Notes under the pieces: model-generated
What the model was told of the DNA's origin: nothing
What the model saw: only the letters and a program-made list of their open reading frames with translations
The model's database searches: none
Part shown: positions 10,390 to 20,118 of the stretch, in pieces
Layout of the letters: each line of letters starts with the position of its first letter
How positions within the stretch are numbered: position 1 is the first letter of the stretch
Made by a program: the position numbers and the translations under genes
Assembly (NCBI GenBank): GCA_934086815.1
Contig: CAKOIM010000003.1
Location: 6,805-70,804 of the forward strand
Length of the DNA: 64,000 nt
Reading direction: 5' to 3'
DNA from: an uncultured Bacilli bacterium
GTDB taxonomy: Bacteria; Bacillota_I; Bacilli_A; RF39; UBA660

Positions 10390-11321
10390 TTTTCTAACCT
10401 CACTATTTCTTTGTAATTATTTGGAAATCCCATTTCATGTAAAACCTTATCAATATTTATAACTTCTAATTTCCCAGCTAATAAGTCAAATTCATAACTA
10501 ATCTCACTTATAAACAACTGGAAATTTCTTGAATCAAGAAGTTGTTTTAATATAATAATTAATGCAAACAAATCATTTTTACCATAAACATAAAAATCAT
10601 CTTGCTTAGGAATATATAACTGTTGATGAAATTTAGTATCGTCAATATTTTTTTGTGTTCTATTTAAATAACAAATATCCTCATGAGCACAAAGATTTCG
10701 ATAATTAGCTACAATTGGTAAATAAGAAATCATATTTTGAACACTAATTTCAAATATATCAGCTATTTCTTTTTGGTCTTGATACTGTAATATAGTATAT
10801 AATTCTCCGACTATCCCAAAAGATAAAACTTTCACAACAACCCAAAGTGGTATATATCCATAATTTATTAAGTAATGCGCTGTTGCAGTGTGTTGTTTTC
10901 CATTAACACTTATTTGTCTTTTCATCTTTTTTATTAAATCGTTAATTTGTCTATTTTTACGAGAATCCTTCACAAAATTGTGGGGATTTAAATAATTATT
11001 TTCCTTAAACCCATGATTTTTACTCATTACATATGCTAAAATACTTTTTAAATTATTTTCAACTATTAATAAGTTTTTAAATATTATATTTCTTAACTTT
11101 CTATCAAAAGAAAACATAGCATATAACTCTTCAAATTTTGTTCCTTCTAAATACTTTCTATTATTAAAAGGATCCAAAAATAAATGACGGTAACCACTTA
11201 GAAAGAAATAATTTTCTCTTAAAAGCGTAGTTTTAGCACTCTCTATATCGCTAATGATAAGCCCTTTACTTGCAAGTATGTCAATTTGTTCATCTAATGT
11301 TTTAAATGTCTTTGTTTTCAC
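10386..11321 (-). CDS. Abi_2-family abortive-infection protein (AbiD/AbiF-like)
   Basis: N-terminus KTFKTLDEQIDILASKGLIISDIESAKTTLLRENYFFLSGYRHLF matches the Abi_2 family signature. GTG start; stop overlaps the htrA start (ATGA). Confidence 0.65.
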   Translation of the reverse strand: MKTKTFKTLDEQIDILASKGLIISDIESAKTTLLRENYFFLSGYRHLFLDPFNNRKYLEGTKFEELYAMFSFDRKLRNIIFKNLLIVENNLKSILAYVMSKNHGFKENNYLNPHNFVKDSRKNRQINDLIKKMKRQISVNGKQHTATAHYLINYGYIPLWVVVKVLSFGIVGELYTILQYQDQKEIADIFEISVQNMISYLPIVANYRNLCAHEDICYLNRTQKNIDDTKFHQQLYIPKQDDFYVYGKNDLFALIIILKQLLDSRNFQLFISEISYEFDLLAGKLEVINIDKVLHEMGFPNNYKEIVRLEK

Positions 11322-11420
11322 ACTATACCGCCTTTACTTTAAACATTATATCACACTTGACATAATAAATATATAAAAAAATAATGTTGTAAATGTAAAT
11401 AAAAAGTGATTTTTATGTGA

Positions 11421-11964
11421 TTAAATATAATAATCACTTAATGCTTCGGCTATAGCCTGAGCAATTTCTTCTTGATATTTTTTTGTGACTAACTTTTCCC
11501 TTTCATTTTTATTTGATAAAAAACCACACTCAATTAGTATTCCCTTTTTATTAAGTTTATTATACATATATGTAGATGTAGGTATTTTTTTAATTTCTCT
11601 ATCCCCATTTAATTTCTTATTCAAGTGATTTTGAACAAAGTGAGCTAAATTCTTATTTTCTTTATTATAAAATACTTGAGGTCCATAATATTTAGTGTCC
11701 AATAAAAAATTCAAATGAATTGATAAATATAAATTTGTTTTTTCTTGATTTATAATTTTTATCCTTTCATCAAAATCAGCTTTTTTACGATGATTTTTAA
11801 CTCCTTTACTTAAATCTTTATCACTATCCCGAGTTAAAATAACAGTCGCACCCATCTGGCTTAAAATTTTTTCTAAATACAAGCTTATATTTAAAGTTAT
11901 ATCTTTTTCATAAATATCTTTATAAATAGCTCCAGGATCTAGTCCTCCATGTGGAGGACTCTGT
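11421..11964 (-). pseudogene. cwlD: N-acetylmuramoyl-L-alanine amidase (Amidase_3, CwlD-like), 3' fragment lacking a start codon; truncated by the element insertion
   Basis: The reading frame opens directly after a TAA (11965-11967): QSPPHGGLDPGAIYKDIYEKDITLNISLYLEKILSQMGATVILTRD...ECGFLSN.... The gene-derived part ends at the 9-bp core 11944-11952. Confidence 0.8.
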
Positions 11965-11978
11965 TAAATCCAAACTTT

Positions 11979-12812
11979 TTATTTCATTTCTATTTTTTCT
12001 TGTCTTTTCTGTTCTTTTTCTAATTCTTTTAAAGACTTTTTAGGTGTAGGTAAATCTTCAGGCATGACACCTCCAAGTCTTTTAATAGTATTTCTAACTT
12101 CTTGACCTACTTCATAATGCGTTTCTTTTGCTTTACTTTCACCTTGTATATTATCTCTTTTCAATTTTTGTTCAGTTTGTGAAATTCTAAATAGATTAGC
12201 AATTAATTCATCACTACCCATATTGTCTAAAATATCTTCTCTATATCTTAAACCTTTTCTTTTAGCAATATCATCGGCTGTTTCACCATTATATAACCCT
12301 TTATAACCAGCATTATGAAATTGATCAAAGTTTTTAACACCTGCTTTTCTAGCTGCTTGGTTTAGAGAATAGTTTCCTTTTTTGGTTAAACTTCTTTGAT
12401 AAAATCTTTTTTCGTCTTCAGTTAACATAGAATACTCTTTTTCAGTTAATTCCTGACGTCTTGTTTGTACTGCAAAGTAAGTTTGACCTAGTGCAACAAC
12501 TTCTTTTCTAGGATCTGAATTTTGTACTATCAAATAGCATATATACCTTGATAGTTTATAATCTTGTATATTAGCAGTTGCATTATTGTTTCTTTTTGAC
12601 AACTTGTTGACCTCAACAAGTTGTTCTTCTACATTATATCCTGAATTTATACAAGCCTCTTTTGCTTTGTTTAAAACTTTTAAAAAATTTCTCCAATCTC
12701 TATATTCTAAAACTTTTGCAAGTTCTCTAGCTAACCAATACTCATTACCATAATCATCAATATGTTTAATACCTTCAAATATTATTTCATTATATTCTTT
12801 AATTTCGTTCAT
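11979..12812 (-). CDS. DinD-like DNA-damage-inducible protein (Bro-N-related) plus basic C-terminal tail
   Basis: N-terminus NEYWLARELAKVLEYRDWRNFLKVLNKAKEAC resembles the DinD family. Confidence 0.5.
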   Translation of the reverse strand: MNEIKEYNEIIFEGIKHIDDYGNEYWLARELAKVLEYRDWRNFLKVLNKAKEACINSGYNVEEQLVEVNKLSKRNNNATANIQDYKLSRYICYLIVQNSDPRKEVVALGQTYFAVQTRRQELTEKEYSMLTEDEKRFYQRSLTKKGNYSLNQAARKAGVKNFDQFHNAGYKGLYNGETADDIAKRKGLRYREDILDNMGSDELIANLFRISQTEQKLKRDNIQGESKAKETHYEVGQEVRNTIKRLGGVMPEDLPTPKKSLKELEKEQKRQEKIEMK

Positions 12813-12872
12813 CCATTAACTCCTATTTTTCTGTATTTCTCATTTTGTAGAAAAGTCCAAATCACTGCTTTA

Positions 12873-14492
12873 TTAAAATTCAAAATTCCATTCTATTTCA
12901 ATATCTCGTGTTTTTGTAATTTTATCATAATTTCCAATATAAATTTTATCAATAAATTCATCAATTATTACTTTATTAAGTTCTTTAATGTGTTTATATT
13001 TTTTTAATATTTTATCAGTCTCTTTTTTGTCATCTGCGAGTTTTTTTAAATTTTCTATTTCAATATCAATTAATTCTATTCTTTTCATCATATTTTCAAT
13101 TTCACTAAAATACTCTTTTGACATAAACCGAAACATTTCCTCTTCTATAACACCATTAACTTTTTCTTCAAAAAGATTTCGATAATAATTTTTATTACTT
13201 TCTACTCTCTTTGTAAGATTTTCTTTTTCTTTAATTAATAAATTTATCTTTATCTCATTATCAAAATTATTTTTATCTTTTTGTTGATAGAGTTCTTTTA
13301 AGTTATTTTGATCATAATAATTATTTAGTAAATCATTGATAGCATTAAGTAAAATAGTTTCTAATTCATCTATTCTAATCGCTTTATTATTATCGCATAT
13401 GTGATATTTCTTTGCTCCCTTACACTGCAAGTATGCCCTTTTACCATCGTGAGCATTATATACATTTCTCATAAAAGATTTATTACAACAACTACAATAC
13501 ACTTTTCTACTTAAATAATGTACTTCACCACTTTTAATAGGTCTACTATGTGTTCCTAATATTTTCTGCACTTTATTCCATGTTTCCATGTCAATTATAG
13601 CTTCGTGTGAATTTTCTATTCTACACCAATCACTTTCTGGTACTTTTTTAAATTTGTGCACCTTGTATCCTAATGATGCTTTTTTTCCTTGAACTAAATT
13701 ACCAATATATGCCTCATTTCTTAGTATCTGTGCGATTGTATCAGGGCTCCACCTAACTGTATTTAAATCACAACTTGAGCAAACATACTTGCTACCTTTT
13801 TGTTTTTTATAAACAGACCTAGGTGGTATATTATTATTGTTTAGATATTCACAAATTTTGTGATAACCATAACCATTTGCATACATTTCAAATATTTTTC
13901 TAACAACTTCAGCAGCAACTGGGTCAATAACTAACTTATGTTTATCTTCTGCATATTTTTCATAACCATAAGGAGCAAAACTTCCCATAAACAAACCATC
14001 TTCTCGTTTATTTTTTAAAGACTTTTTGATATTCGTTGACAAATCATCTAAATACCATTCATTAATAAGTCCATTTATTTGTCTTGATTTCTTATTAGAC
14101 TCAATACTTGTATCAGCATTATCAACAATACTTACAAATCGAACTTGCCATTCTATGAACTTATTGTGTAAATATCTTTCAATAACTTCCATATCTCTTG
14201 AAAATCTTGATTGACTTTTGCATAAAACTAAATTAATTTTCCCACTTTCACAATCTTTGATAAGTCTTTCAAAGTCAGGTCTATAAGTCCCTGCGCCTGA
14301 AAAGTCATCATCAGAATAAATATCTACAACATTCCATCCACATTGACTTGCATATTTTAAACACATACTTCTTTGGTTTATTATACTATTACTATCATCA
14401 TTTTTATTTATTTTATCTCTATCTTCATCAGATAACCTACAATATACACCTACCTTTTCTATCATAGCCATTCCTCCAATATATAAGAACAA
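12873..14492 (-). CDS. Large serine recombinase (resolvase catalytic domain + recombinase domain + zinc ribbon + coiled coil)
   Basis: N-terminus VGVYCRLSDEDRD...QRS (resolvase); central Cys cluster CSSC...CSCC...C; long C-terminal coiled coil; 539 aa. Confidence 0.85.
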   Translation of the reverse strand: MFLYIGGMAMIEKVGVYCRLSDEDRDKINKNDDSNSIINQRSMCLKYASQCGWNVVDIYSDDDFSGAGTYRPDFERLIKDCESGKINLVLCKSQSRFSRDMEVIERYLHNKFIEWQVRFVSIVDNADTSIESNKKSRQINGLINEWYLDDLSTNIKKSLKNKREDGLFMGSFAPYGYEKYAEDKHKLVIDPVAAEVVRKIFEMYANGYGYHKICEYLNNNNIPPRSVYKKQKGSKYVCSSCDLNTVRWSPDTIAQILRNEAYIGNLVQGKKASLGYKVHKFKKVPESDWCRIENSHEAIIDMETWNKVQKILGTHSRPIKSGEVHYLSRKVYCSCCNKSFMRNVYNAHDGKRAYLQCKGAKKYHICDNNKAIRIDELETILLNAINDLLNNYYDQNNLKELYQQKDKNNFDNEIKINLLIKEKENLTKRVESNKNYYRNLFEEKVNGVIEEEMFRFMSKEYFSEIENMMKRIELIDIEIENLKKLADDKKETDKILKKYKHIKELNKVIIDEFIDKIYIGNYDKITKTRDIEIEWNFEF

Positions 14493-14532
14493 CTATAAAT
14501 ATTTGTAAATACAAGTATATTATAAACCAAAC

Positions 14533-14676
14533 TCACGAATTATTTAACCTTAATTCTTGACTTTCTAGTTTTAATATAATATTTAACAATTTTTTATTAA
14601 ATAACTCCTTTAATTCTTTATTAGTTTTATTATCATTGTTCTTAAATTTATATTTTACTTTATATACTACCTCCAT
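14533..14676 (-). CDS. Small basic ORF (47 aa, not in the ORF track) between recombinase and HTH gene; possible excisionase/RDF or regulator
   Basis: ATG at 14674-14676 preceded by GGGGGA RBS (7-nt spacing): MEVVYKVKYKFKNNDNKTNKELKELFNKKLLNIILKLESQELRLNNS. Confidence 0.3.
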   Translation of the reverse strand: MEVVYKVKYKFKNNDNKTNKELKELFNKKLLNIILKLESQELRLNNS

Positions 14677-14743
14677 ATTCTAATCCCCCTTTTTCTCATA
14701 TTTTATAAATAGATTCCTCCTATCGTATAACGTCGTCTCCTTT

Positions 14744-15337
14744 CTAACTAAATTCTTTTAACATATCTTTCATTACTGCAATTTCTTCTGGATTTGCTGG
14801 TGTTGATTTACAAACTTCAGGATGTTCCATCCAATAAGGAACTTTTCCTTCCTTTTTAAACTTTTTAAATTTATTATTATATTTATTTTTATAATTATTA
14901 TTTATATTATGGTCGCAATCTATTGCACTCTCACTACTGCAATCTGTTGCACTATCATCTGCAACCTTTGTCGGTATCTTTTCTTTATTAAGATATATTC
15001 TTCTTTGTCCATCAACTTTTTTTACAAAGACATATTTTAATTCTTTGAACTTAGACAATGAATAACTAATAGTTCTTTCTGAAGTATTAATACAGTCTGC
15101 TAAATATTTATTAGTTGCAAAGCAATAAGCTCTTTTTAAGGTAAGTGAAATAATAAGACTTAATAGATCTGTATCAGTTCTTGTTAAGTTCTTATCATTA
15201 AATAATATTCTAGGTTTTATGATAAAATCACAATCTAATTTATTAATATTATTCTCCTTTAAAATAAGTAAAGACTTTTCACTCTTCCCAAATTTGACAA
15301 TAATAATTCTAAGAGGATTTTTTACATCTATTCTCAA
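14744..15337 (-). CDS. HTH-domain protein, putative replication initiator/regulator of the element
   Basis: Winged-helix-like segment NTSERTISYSLSKFKELKYVFVKK; Cys/acidic linker; basic C-terminus. Confidence 0.4.
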   Translation of the reverse strand: MRIDVKNPLRIIIVKFGKSEKSLLILKENNINKLDCDFIIKPRILFNDKNLTRTDTDLLSLIISLTLKRAYCFATNKYLADCINTSERTISYSLSKFKELKYVFVKKVDGQRRIYLNKEKIPTKVADDSATDCSSESAIDCDHNINNNYKNKYNNKFKKFKKEGKVPYWMEHPEVCKSTPANPEEIAVMKDMLKEFS

Positions 15338-15435
15338 AGATATTATTTTGATTTATTCTATATATCTTATAGAAAAGGTACTAACATAAATCTCCGAACA
15401 TTTACTGTACCTTATTTGTTAGCGATAATTCAATT

Positions 15436-15702
15436 CTAACAAATTGCAAACTCATATAATCCTGTATCATATTCTCTAAACTTAATATAGTTGTATTTTT
15501 CTAATTGTTTCAAGTTTTTTCTAAATGCGATATTTTTTATACTCTTAACTTCTTTTTTTACTCTACCAATATTGATATTTGATATAGTTTTATCAAATCC
15601 TTCTGAATATAGATAAGCAAATATTTCTTTTGTTTCAGGTTTGATATTTTTATCTTTCCATATCATATGGTCTGTTATATCTAGTTGTTTTCTTTTAGAC
15701 AT
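15436..15702 (-). CDS. Hypothetical small protein (88 aa) in element
   Basis: ORF only. Confidence 0.35.
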   Translation of the reverse strand: MSKRKQLDITDHMIWKDKNIKPETKEIFAYLYSEGFDKTISNINIGRVKKEVKSIKNIAFRKNLKQLEKYNYIKFREYDTGLYEFAIC

Positions 15703-16014
15703 TCATTTTCTCCAATTTAAATAATAACATTAACGATGGAAATTTATCAGAAGAAGATAAAGAGACGGCTCTTGAAACTATACAAGATTTAGAATACCAA
15801 AATACAACTAACAAACTCATTATAGAAATATTAGATAATACAAGATATAAGGAGGCGAAGAATAATGCAAAAAATAAAAAAGGCAACATTATACTTACAT
15901 TAGTTTGCATTATGTTGCTTATGGAGTTTCAAAAGGGTTCTCCCTTTGCACGCTATTCCTAGTTGACTTGTCCAACTTAGTAGTATGTTACTATCTTGTC
16001 TAAAAGATAGTTTA

Positions 16015-16644
16015 TTAATTGTCATTATGATATAAGTATTCATCAGGAACATCTGGATAACCTGATATATAAAAATTAAAAATATCATTTAAAATTTGGA
16101 TACATATACCGTAACTCTTGTCATCTATTAGATTTTGATTTAAATATTTACTATTTAATTCATTTCTTATTTCGTTATATAAATATTCATATTCATTAGA
16201 ATCTATATTTTTTATTTTTCTTATTGTATTAGTAAGTTCTGAAATCTTATCAATTTCTAGATTTATCCTATTATCAACTGTTTTTTCTATTTCTTCTAAT
16301 AGTTCATATAATGATAGTGCTAAATAATAAGATGTACAATCTTCATTAGAAGATTTTTCATATCTAACTAAATAGTTTTTCAGTTCATTTATTGTATAAT
16401 CTAATATATTATTTTCTTTTAAGAACGAACAACAAGAAGAATCTAAGATATATCCTTTCAAAGAAATTTTGTTCAATTTAATTGTTTTTTCTATTTGATA
16501 CATATTTTCAGATAATTCAACAAGTTCATTTGCCTTAGTTATAAATTGAAACATTTTATTATTTATAGAATCATGAATTTTATTTATATCCATGAATGCT
16601 TCTAAAATTCTTACACTATAATTATTATCCATATAAGACTCCAA
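16015..16644 (-). CDS. Hypothetical protein (209 aa), downstream partner in a two-gene cargo module
   Basis: The stop of the 716-aa gene (16646) abuts this start (16644). No recognisable motif. Confidence 0.5.
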   Translation of the reverse strand: MESYMDNNYSVRILEAFMDINKIHDSINNKMFQFITKANELVELSENMYQIEKTIKLNKISLKGYILDSSCCSFLKENNILDYTINELKNYLVRYEKSSNEDCTSYYLALSLYELLEEIEKTVDNRINLEIDKISELTNTIRKIKNIDSNEYEYLYNEIRNELNSKYLNQNLIDDKSYGICIQILNDIFNFYISGYPDVPDEYLYHNDN

Positions 16645-16645
16645 T

Positions 16646-18796
16646 CTATTTTAAAATATTATATATGATCATAAATATCGCACCAGCAATAAAACCTGTA
16701 ATTAATGTTAATGTTAATATATTGGCAAAGCCACTAGAGAAACCACCATTACCACCATTTGAACCTTTACTTAATGTTTTGACTTTAGGCTTTTCCTTGC
16801 TTTTTTGCTGTTCTTTTTGTTGTTTAATAATCATATTTCTTTGTTTTATTTGTTGTGCTATTTGAATTTCAGAAGCACTTCTTTTTGTAAAACTTACAGA
16901 TTTAACTTCAGGACCTCTAATAATTTTTGTTTGAGAAACATTTTCCTGAAATTGTTTCTTATTTTCTTTCTCAACTTTACTTTTCCAATTATTGAAATCA
17001 GTAATATCCTTGTTTATTCTTTGACTATTATCTTTTCTAGCCATTTCACTGATTCTTGTATACTTTCCCATGTATGCCTCTTTTGTTATCTGCTTATCTT
17101 TAAAATAATCACCTGAAATGTTATCAATTACTGTCCATTCACATTCCCTTTTAAATGGAACATCATCAAATATTTCATTATGCTTATTCTGTAATAATTG
17201 TTTATATTTTAATATATCATCTTTAGATTTTCCTTGCTGTTCCATATTCCTAACTTCTTCTTTAGATAAATATAAATCTCTTTCACTACATTCCAATTTA
17301 AGTTTTATATCTTTTCCATCCAATGTTTTTCCAATAACAATTTGTGACATTTGTTTGTCAAATTCAGCAGTTTCCTTCAATTGTTCAATTTTTTCTGGTG
17401 TATAATCAGAACTAAATGTATGATCTTGATCACCAAATACTGTAATCAATCCTGGTGCAAGTCTTTGTAATTCGTTCATAGCTTCCATTACTTTTGCTCT
17501 TTTTTCCGGAGCTTCTTGAAGCATTGTTTCATTATACATAAAATCAACATTTTTATTTTTTAATTCCTGTATTAATTGCATATTAGGTCCAATAACTTGT
17601 TTAACCATATCTTCTAGTGTAATCCCAAACTTTTCTTCCCATACTAATTTAAAGTTTTTATCTGCTTTTTTGATTTCAACTAACTCATTAAACAATTCAA
17701 AAGATCGATTTTTTCCATCATTTTTAATATTAGAATTAAAATTTATTAAAGATGAATTTAATGAGTTTCTTAATATTTGGATAACTAATTCTTTATCTTT
17801 TGATGATAATCCTTTTTTTGATATTTCTTCTGCTGCATTTCTATTAATCATACTCCTTAATCTATAAGAAGCACCTAATTTTTCTGAGAGATTTTGACCC
17901 ATAGAACTTATATCGTAATTATAGACATATTCAATTGAATTATTATCATTTAATTTACTACTAACAGTATTTTCATAACCGATAGATCTTAGTACTAATT
18001 GAAAATCACCACCCATTGAATTACATTTTTTAATATTTTCTTTAATTTGGTTATTTAAAGCAACCATTTGTTCATAAGTAGAAGAATTAAAATTCTCATA
18101 GTCCGTTGTAAAGTAATAAACTATCTTTGAAGAAATTCTTTTTCCTGTTTCTCGCCCAAATTTATCAATACATATTCTTTCAATTTCTTTATACATAGAT
18201 GGTAATCCTTTAGAAAATCCAATATTTCCAATATCAAGTTCATTTTCAATTGAAAGATTAAGCCCACTTAGTTTTTTATGTAATGCATATCTCATTGCTT
18301 CTTCTTTGTTGCTAGAATTGATGTCATTTACCACTTGTGTGCTAATCATTGAATCCTCATATATTTCAAACAATTTTCTTTTAATAGAATCAATTTGTTC
18401 AGTTGAATAATTACCATTAGGTAATTGTGATATCATATATAAATTTGGAACAGAATCAATCCACTTATTAATTTCTGAAATATTAGAACAATTTATTAAA
18501 GATAGTGATGTAATCATCAAAGAAGATAAATACATTCCTTGATGATTAGTTTTTAACCCAGTATCTAACTCATTAGGATTTAATGAAAGATAGGTACTTT
18601 CCATTTTTTCTAACTCAAATGTTAATTCTTTATCAATATCTTCACTTGTTTTTCCACTATTTACATAAATTGCAATTGCCTTTTGTCTTAATTCTTCAGA
18701 TACTAAACCTGGATATTTTGAATTTGTAGCATCTATTTTTGAATTAATTAAATTTAGTAAATTCTGATAAGTATTTTCATTAGACATAAATATCAA
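16646..18796 (-). CDS. Hypothetical 716-aa protein with a single C-terminal TM helix preceded by a Gly-rich segment (tail-anchored); no recognisable catalytic motif
   Basis: C-terminus ...KGSNGGNGGFSSGFANILTLTLITGFIAGAIFMIIYNILK. The rest is hydrophilic and charged/coiled-coil rich. Confidence 0.6.
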   Translation of the reverse strand: MIFMSNENTYQNLLNLINSKIDATNSKYPGLVSEELRQKAIAIYVNSGKTSEDIDKELTFELEKMESTYLSLNPNELDTGLKTNHQGMYLSSLMITSLSLINCSNISEINKWIDSVPNLYMISQLPNGNYSTEQIDSIKRKLFEIYEDSMISTQVVNDINSSNKEEAMRYALHKKLSGLNLSIENELDIGNIGFSKGLPSMYKEIERICIDKFGRETGKRISSKIVYYFTTDYENFNSSTYEQMVALNNQIKENIKKCNSMGGDFQLVLRSIGYENTVSSKLNDNNSIEYVYNYDISSMGQNLSEKLGASYRLRSMINRNAAEEISKKGLSSKDKELVIQILRNSLNSSLINFNSNIKNDGKNRSFELFNELVEIKKADKNFKLVWEEKFGITLEDMVKQVIGPNMQLIQELKNKNVDFMYNETMLQEAPEKRAKVMEAMNELQRLAPGLITVFGDQDHTFSSDYTPEKIEQLKETAEFDKQMSQIVIGKTLDGKDIKLKLECSERDLYLSKEEVRNMEQQGKSKDDILKYKQLLQNKHNEIFDDVPFKRECEWTVIDNISGDYFKDKQITKEAYMGKYTRISEMARKDNSQRINKDITDFNNWKSKVEKENKKQFQENVSQTKIIRGPEVKSVSFTKRSASEIQIAQQIKQRNMIIKQQKEQQKSKEKPKVKTLSKGSNGGNGGFSSGFANILTLTLITGFIAGAIFMIIYNILK

Positions 18797-19266
18797 CTTC
18801 CTTTTAAAGATCTATCTTATATGAATATTATATCATTTATTTATTCTTTTTTTAAATTTTTATTGCTATGATTAAAATTATTTTTATCTACATATATCCA
18901 AGTCATCTGTCTTATCATAATTAGAAACAGCTTTGACTTTTTCCTTGTAATAATTTGGTGCATTAACATAGTTAAATAATTCATCTTGTTTAGTAGTACC
19001 TCGTGATATTTTAATAACATCTTCCATATCAAAATCTTCATTATCATAATAATTTTTTACTTCAATAGTAGTTTCATCTTTTGCATATTCATTACCAAAT
19101 TGTAATATCTATCTAAAGAACTTTTTAATTTCCTCCAATATAACATCAATATAATTTTTTAATTTGTTATTTTCGACTGTTAAATTTTGATTTCTAGTAA
19201 CAAGTGATTTCACTTCTCGTTTAAGGTTACTATTTTCCTTTTCTTCGTACTTCAATCCAGAAAAAT

Positions 19267-19797
19267 CTAAAATACATCAATTTTATGGCTACTGCTGATA
19301 TATTCATATATTTTTTCTTTTGTATTATCTAATTTTTCAGAGACAAATTTAGAAAACATTTTAATATTAAAATCTAATTCATCGGCATAATCTAATTCAC
19401 CCTTATTTATATATTCATATTTAAATATATTAGCAACTTTATCCATAATAGGTGACAACTCATATCTAATATTATTTGATAATTTATTTTTATAAAAATC
19501 TGTATTAAAAATATAAATAGGAACTCTTTTAGCAAAACAATATCCAATTTCAAATCCTACACCAGCGTCATAAGATAATCCATTAAGTCTAGTTATAAAT
19601 ACATCAGTATTATTTAAAGACTTCATATCTGCTTCAAATATATTTTTAGAAACATTACCTGCATCGCTAACCTTCAAATTACTATCTTTAAATGGTAAAT
19701 AAACATTGTCATTTCTAAATCTTTTGTTATTTAAAACACTATTATACATAACAACAGAAACTTGTCTATCAAAAAAGCTATACAATTTTATAGCCAA
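19267..19797 (-). CDS. Nucleoside 2-deoxyribosyltransferase-family protein. The start is ambiguous: TTG at 19797 or ATG at 19749.
   Basis: DAGVGFEIGYCFAKRVPIY matches the NDT D-x-G-x-x-FE-x-GY catalytic-Glu motif. Confidence 0.6.
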   Translation of the reverse strand: MAIKLYSFFDRQVSVVMYNSVLNNKRFRNDNVYLPFKDSNLKVSDAGNVSKNIFEADMKSLNNTDVFITRLNGLSYDAGVGFEIGYCFAKRVPIYIFNTDFYKNKLSNNIRYELSPIMDKVANIFKYEYINKGELDYADELDFNIKMFSKFVSEKLDNTKEKIYEYISSSHKIDVF

Positions 19798-19802
19798 ATA
19801 TA

Positions 19803-20117
19803 TTATTTTTCTTCATATTCCTTAACTCTTGTATTTACTCCATCAATTATTTTATATTCCCTATGTCTATTTTTATTTATTTTCTTTAAAATTTCACTTT
19901 CTAAATCAACATTTAAAATTTCAGATAATCCTAATAAGTAAATCACTACATCAGCGATTTCTTCACCAACATCATCTTTTTTCTTACGCCATGCTTCATA
20001 TGCCTCAGCCATTTCACCATATGTTAAACAAAACTCTTTATTAATATCTGTAACATTAAATCCTTTATCCAATTTATTTTGATAAACTTCTTTTTGCATT
20101 TGTTTTAAATCTATCAT
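19803..20117 (-). CDS. MazG-like nucleotide pyrophosphohydrolase (small, single-domain)
   Basis: EEIADVVIYLLGLSEIL...NRHREY matches the MazG/house-cleaning NTP-PPase helix pair. Confidence 0.65.
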   Translation of the reverse strand: MIDLKQMQKEVYQNKLDKGFNVTDINKEFCLTYGEMAEAYEAWRKKKDDVGEEIADVVIYLLGLSEILNVDLESEILKKINKNRHREYKIIDGVNTRVKEYEEK

Positions 20118-20118
20118 T

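Noticed and set aside
14493-14743. TTGACT...TATAAT-like pair on the plus strand at ~14556-14580
   Set aside because: Spacer is only 12 nt and there is no downstream plus-strand gene.
15695-16088. Two overlapping low-complexity ORFs (15695..15910, 15900..16088) in the element's internal intergenic region
   Set aside because: Leu/Phe-rich and mutually overlapping; no RBS. The region more likely holds regulatory sequence. A 12-codon plus-strand peptide with AAGGAGG at ~15866 was also seen but is too short to call.
18841-19047. 68-aa ORF
   Set aside because: Noise-like composition. A different frame on the same strand carries a more protein-like but disrupted remnant (see the finding on 18880-19270).
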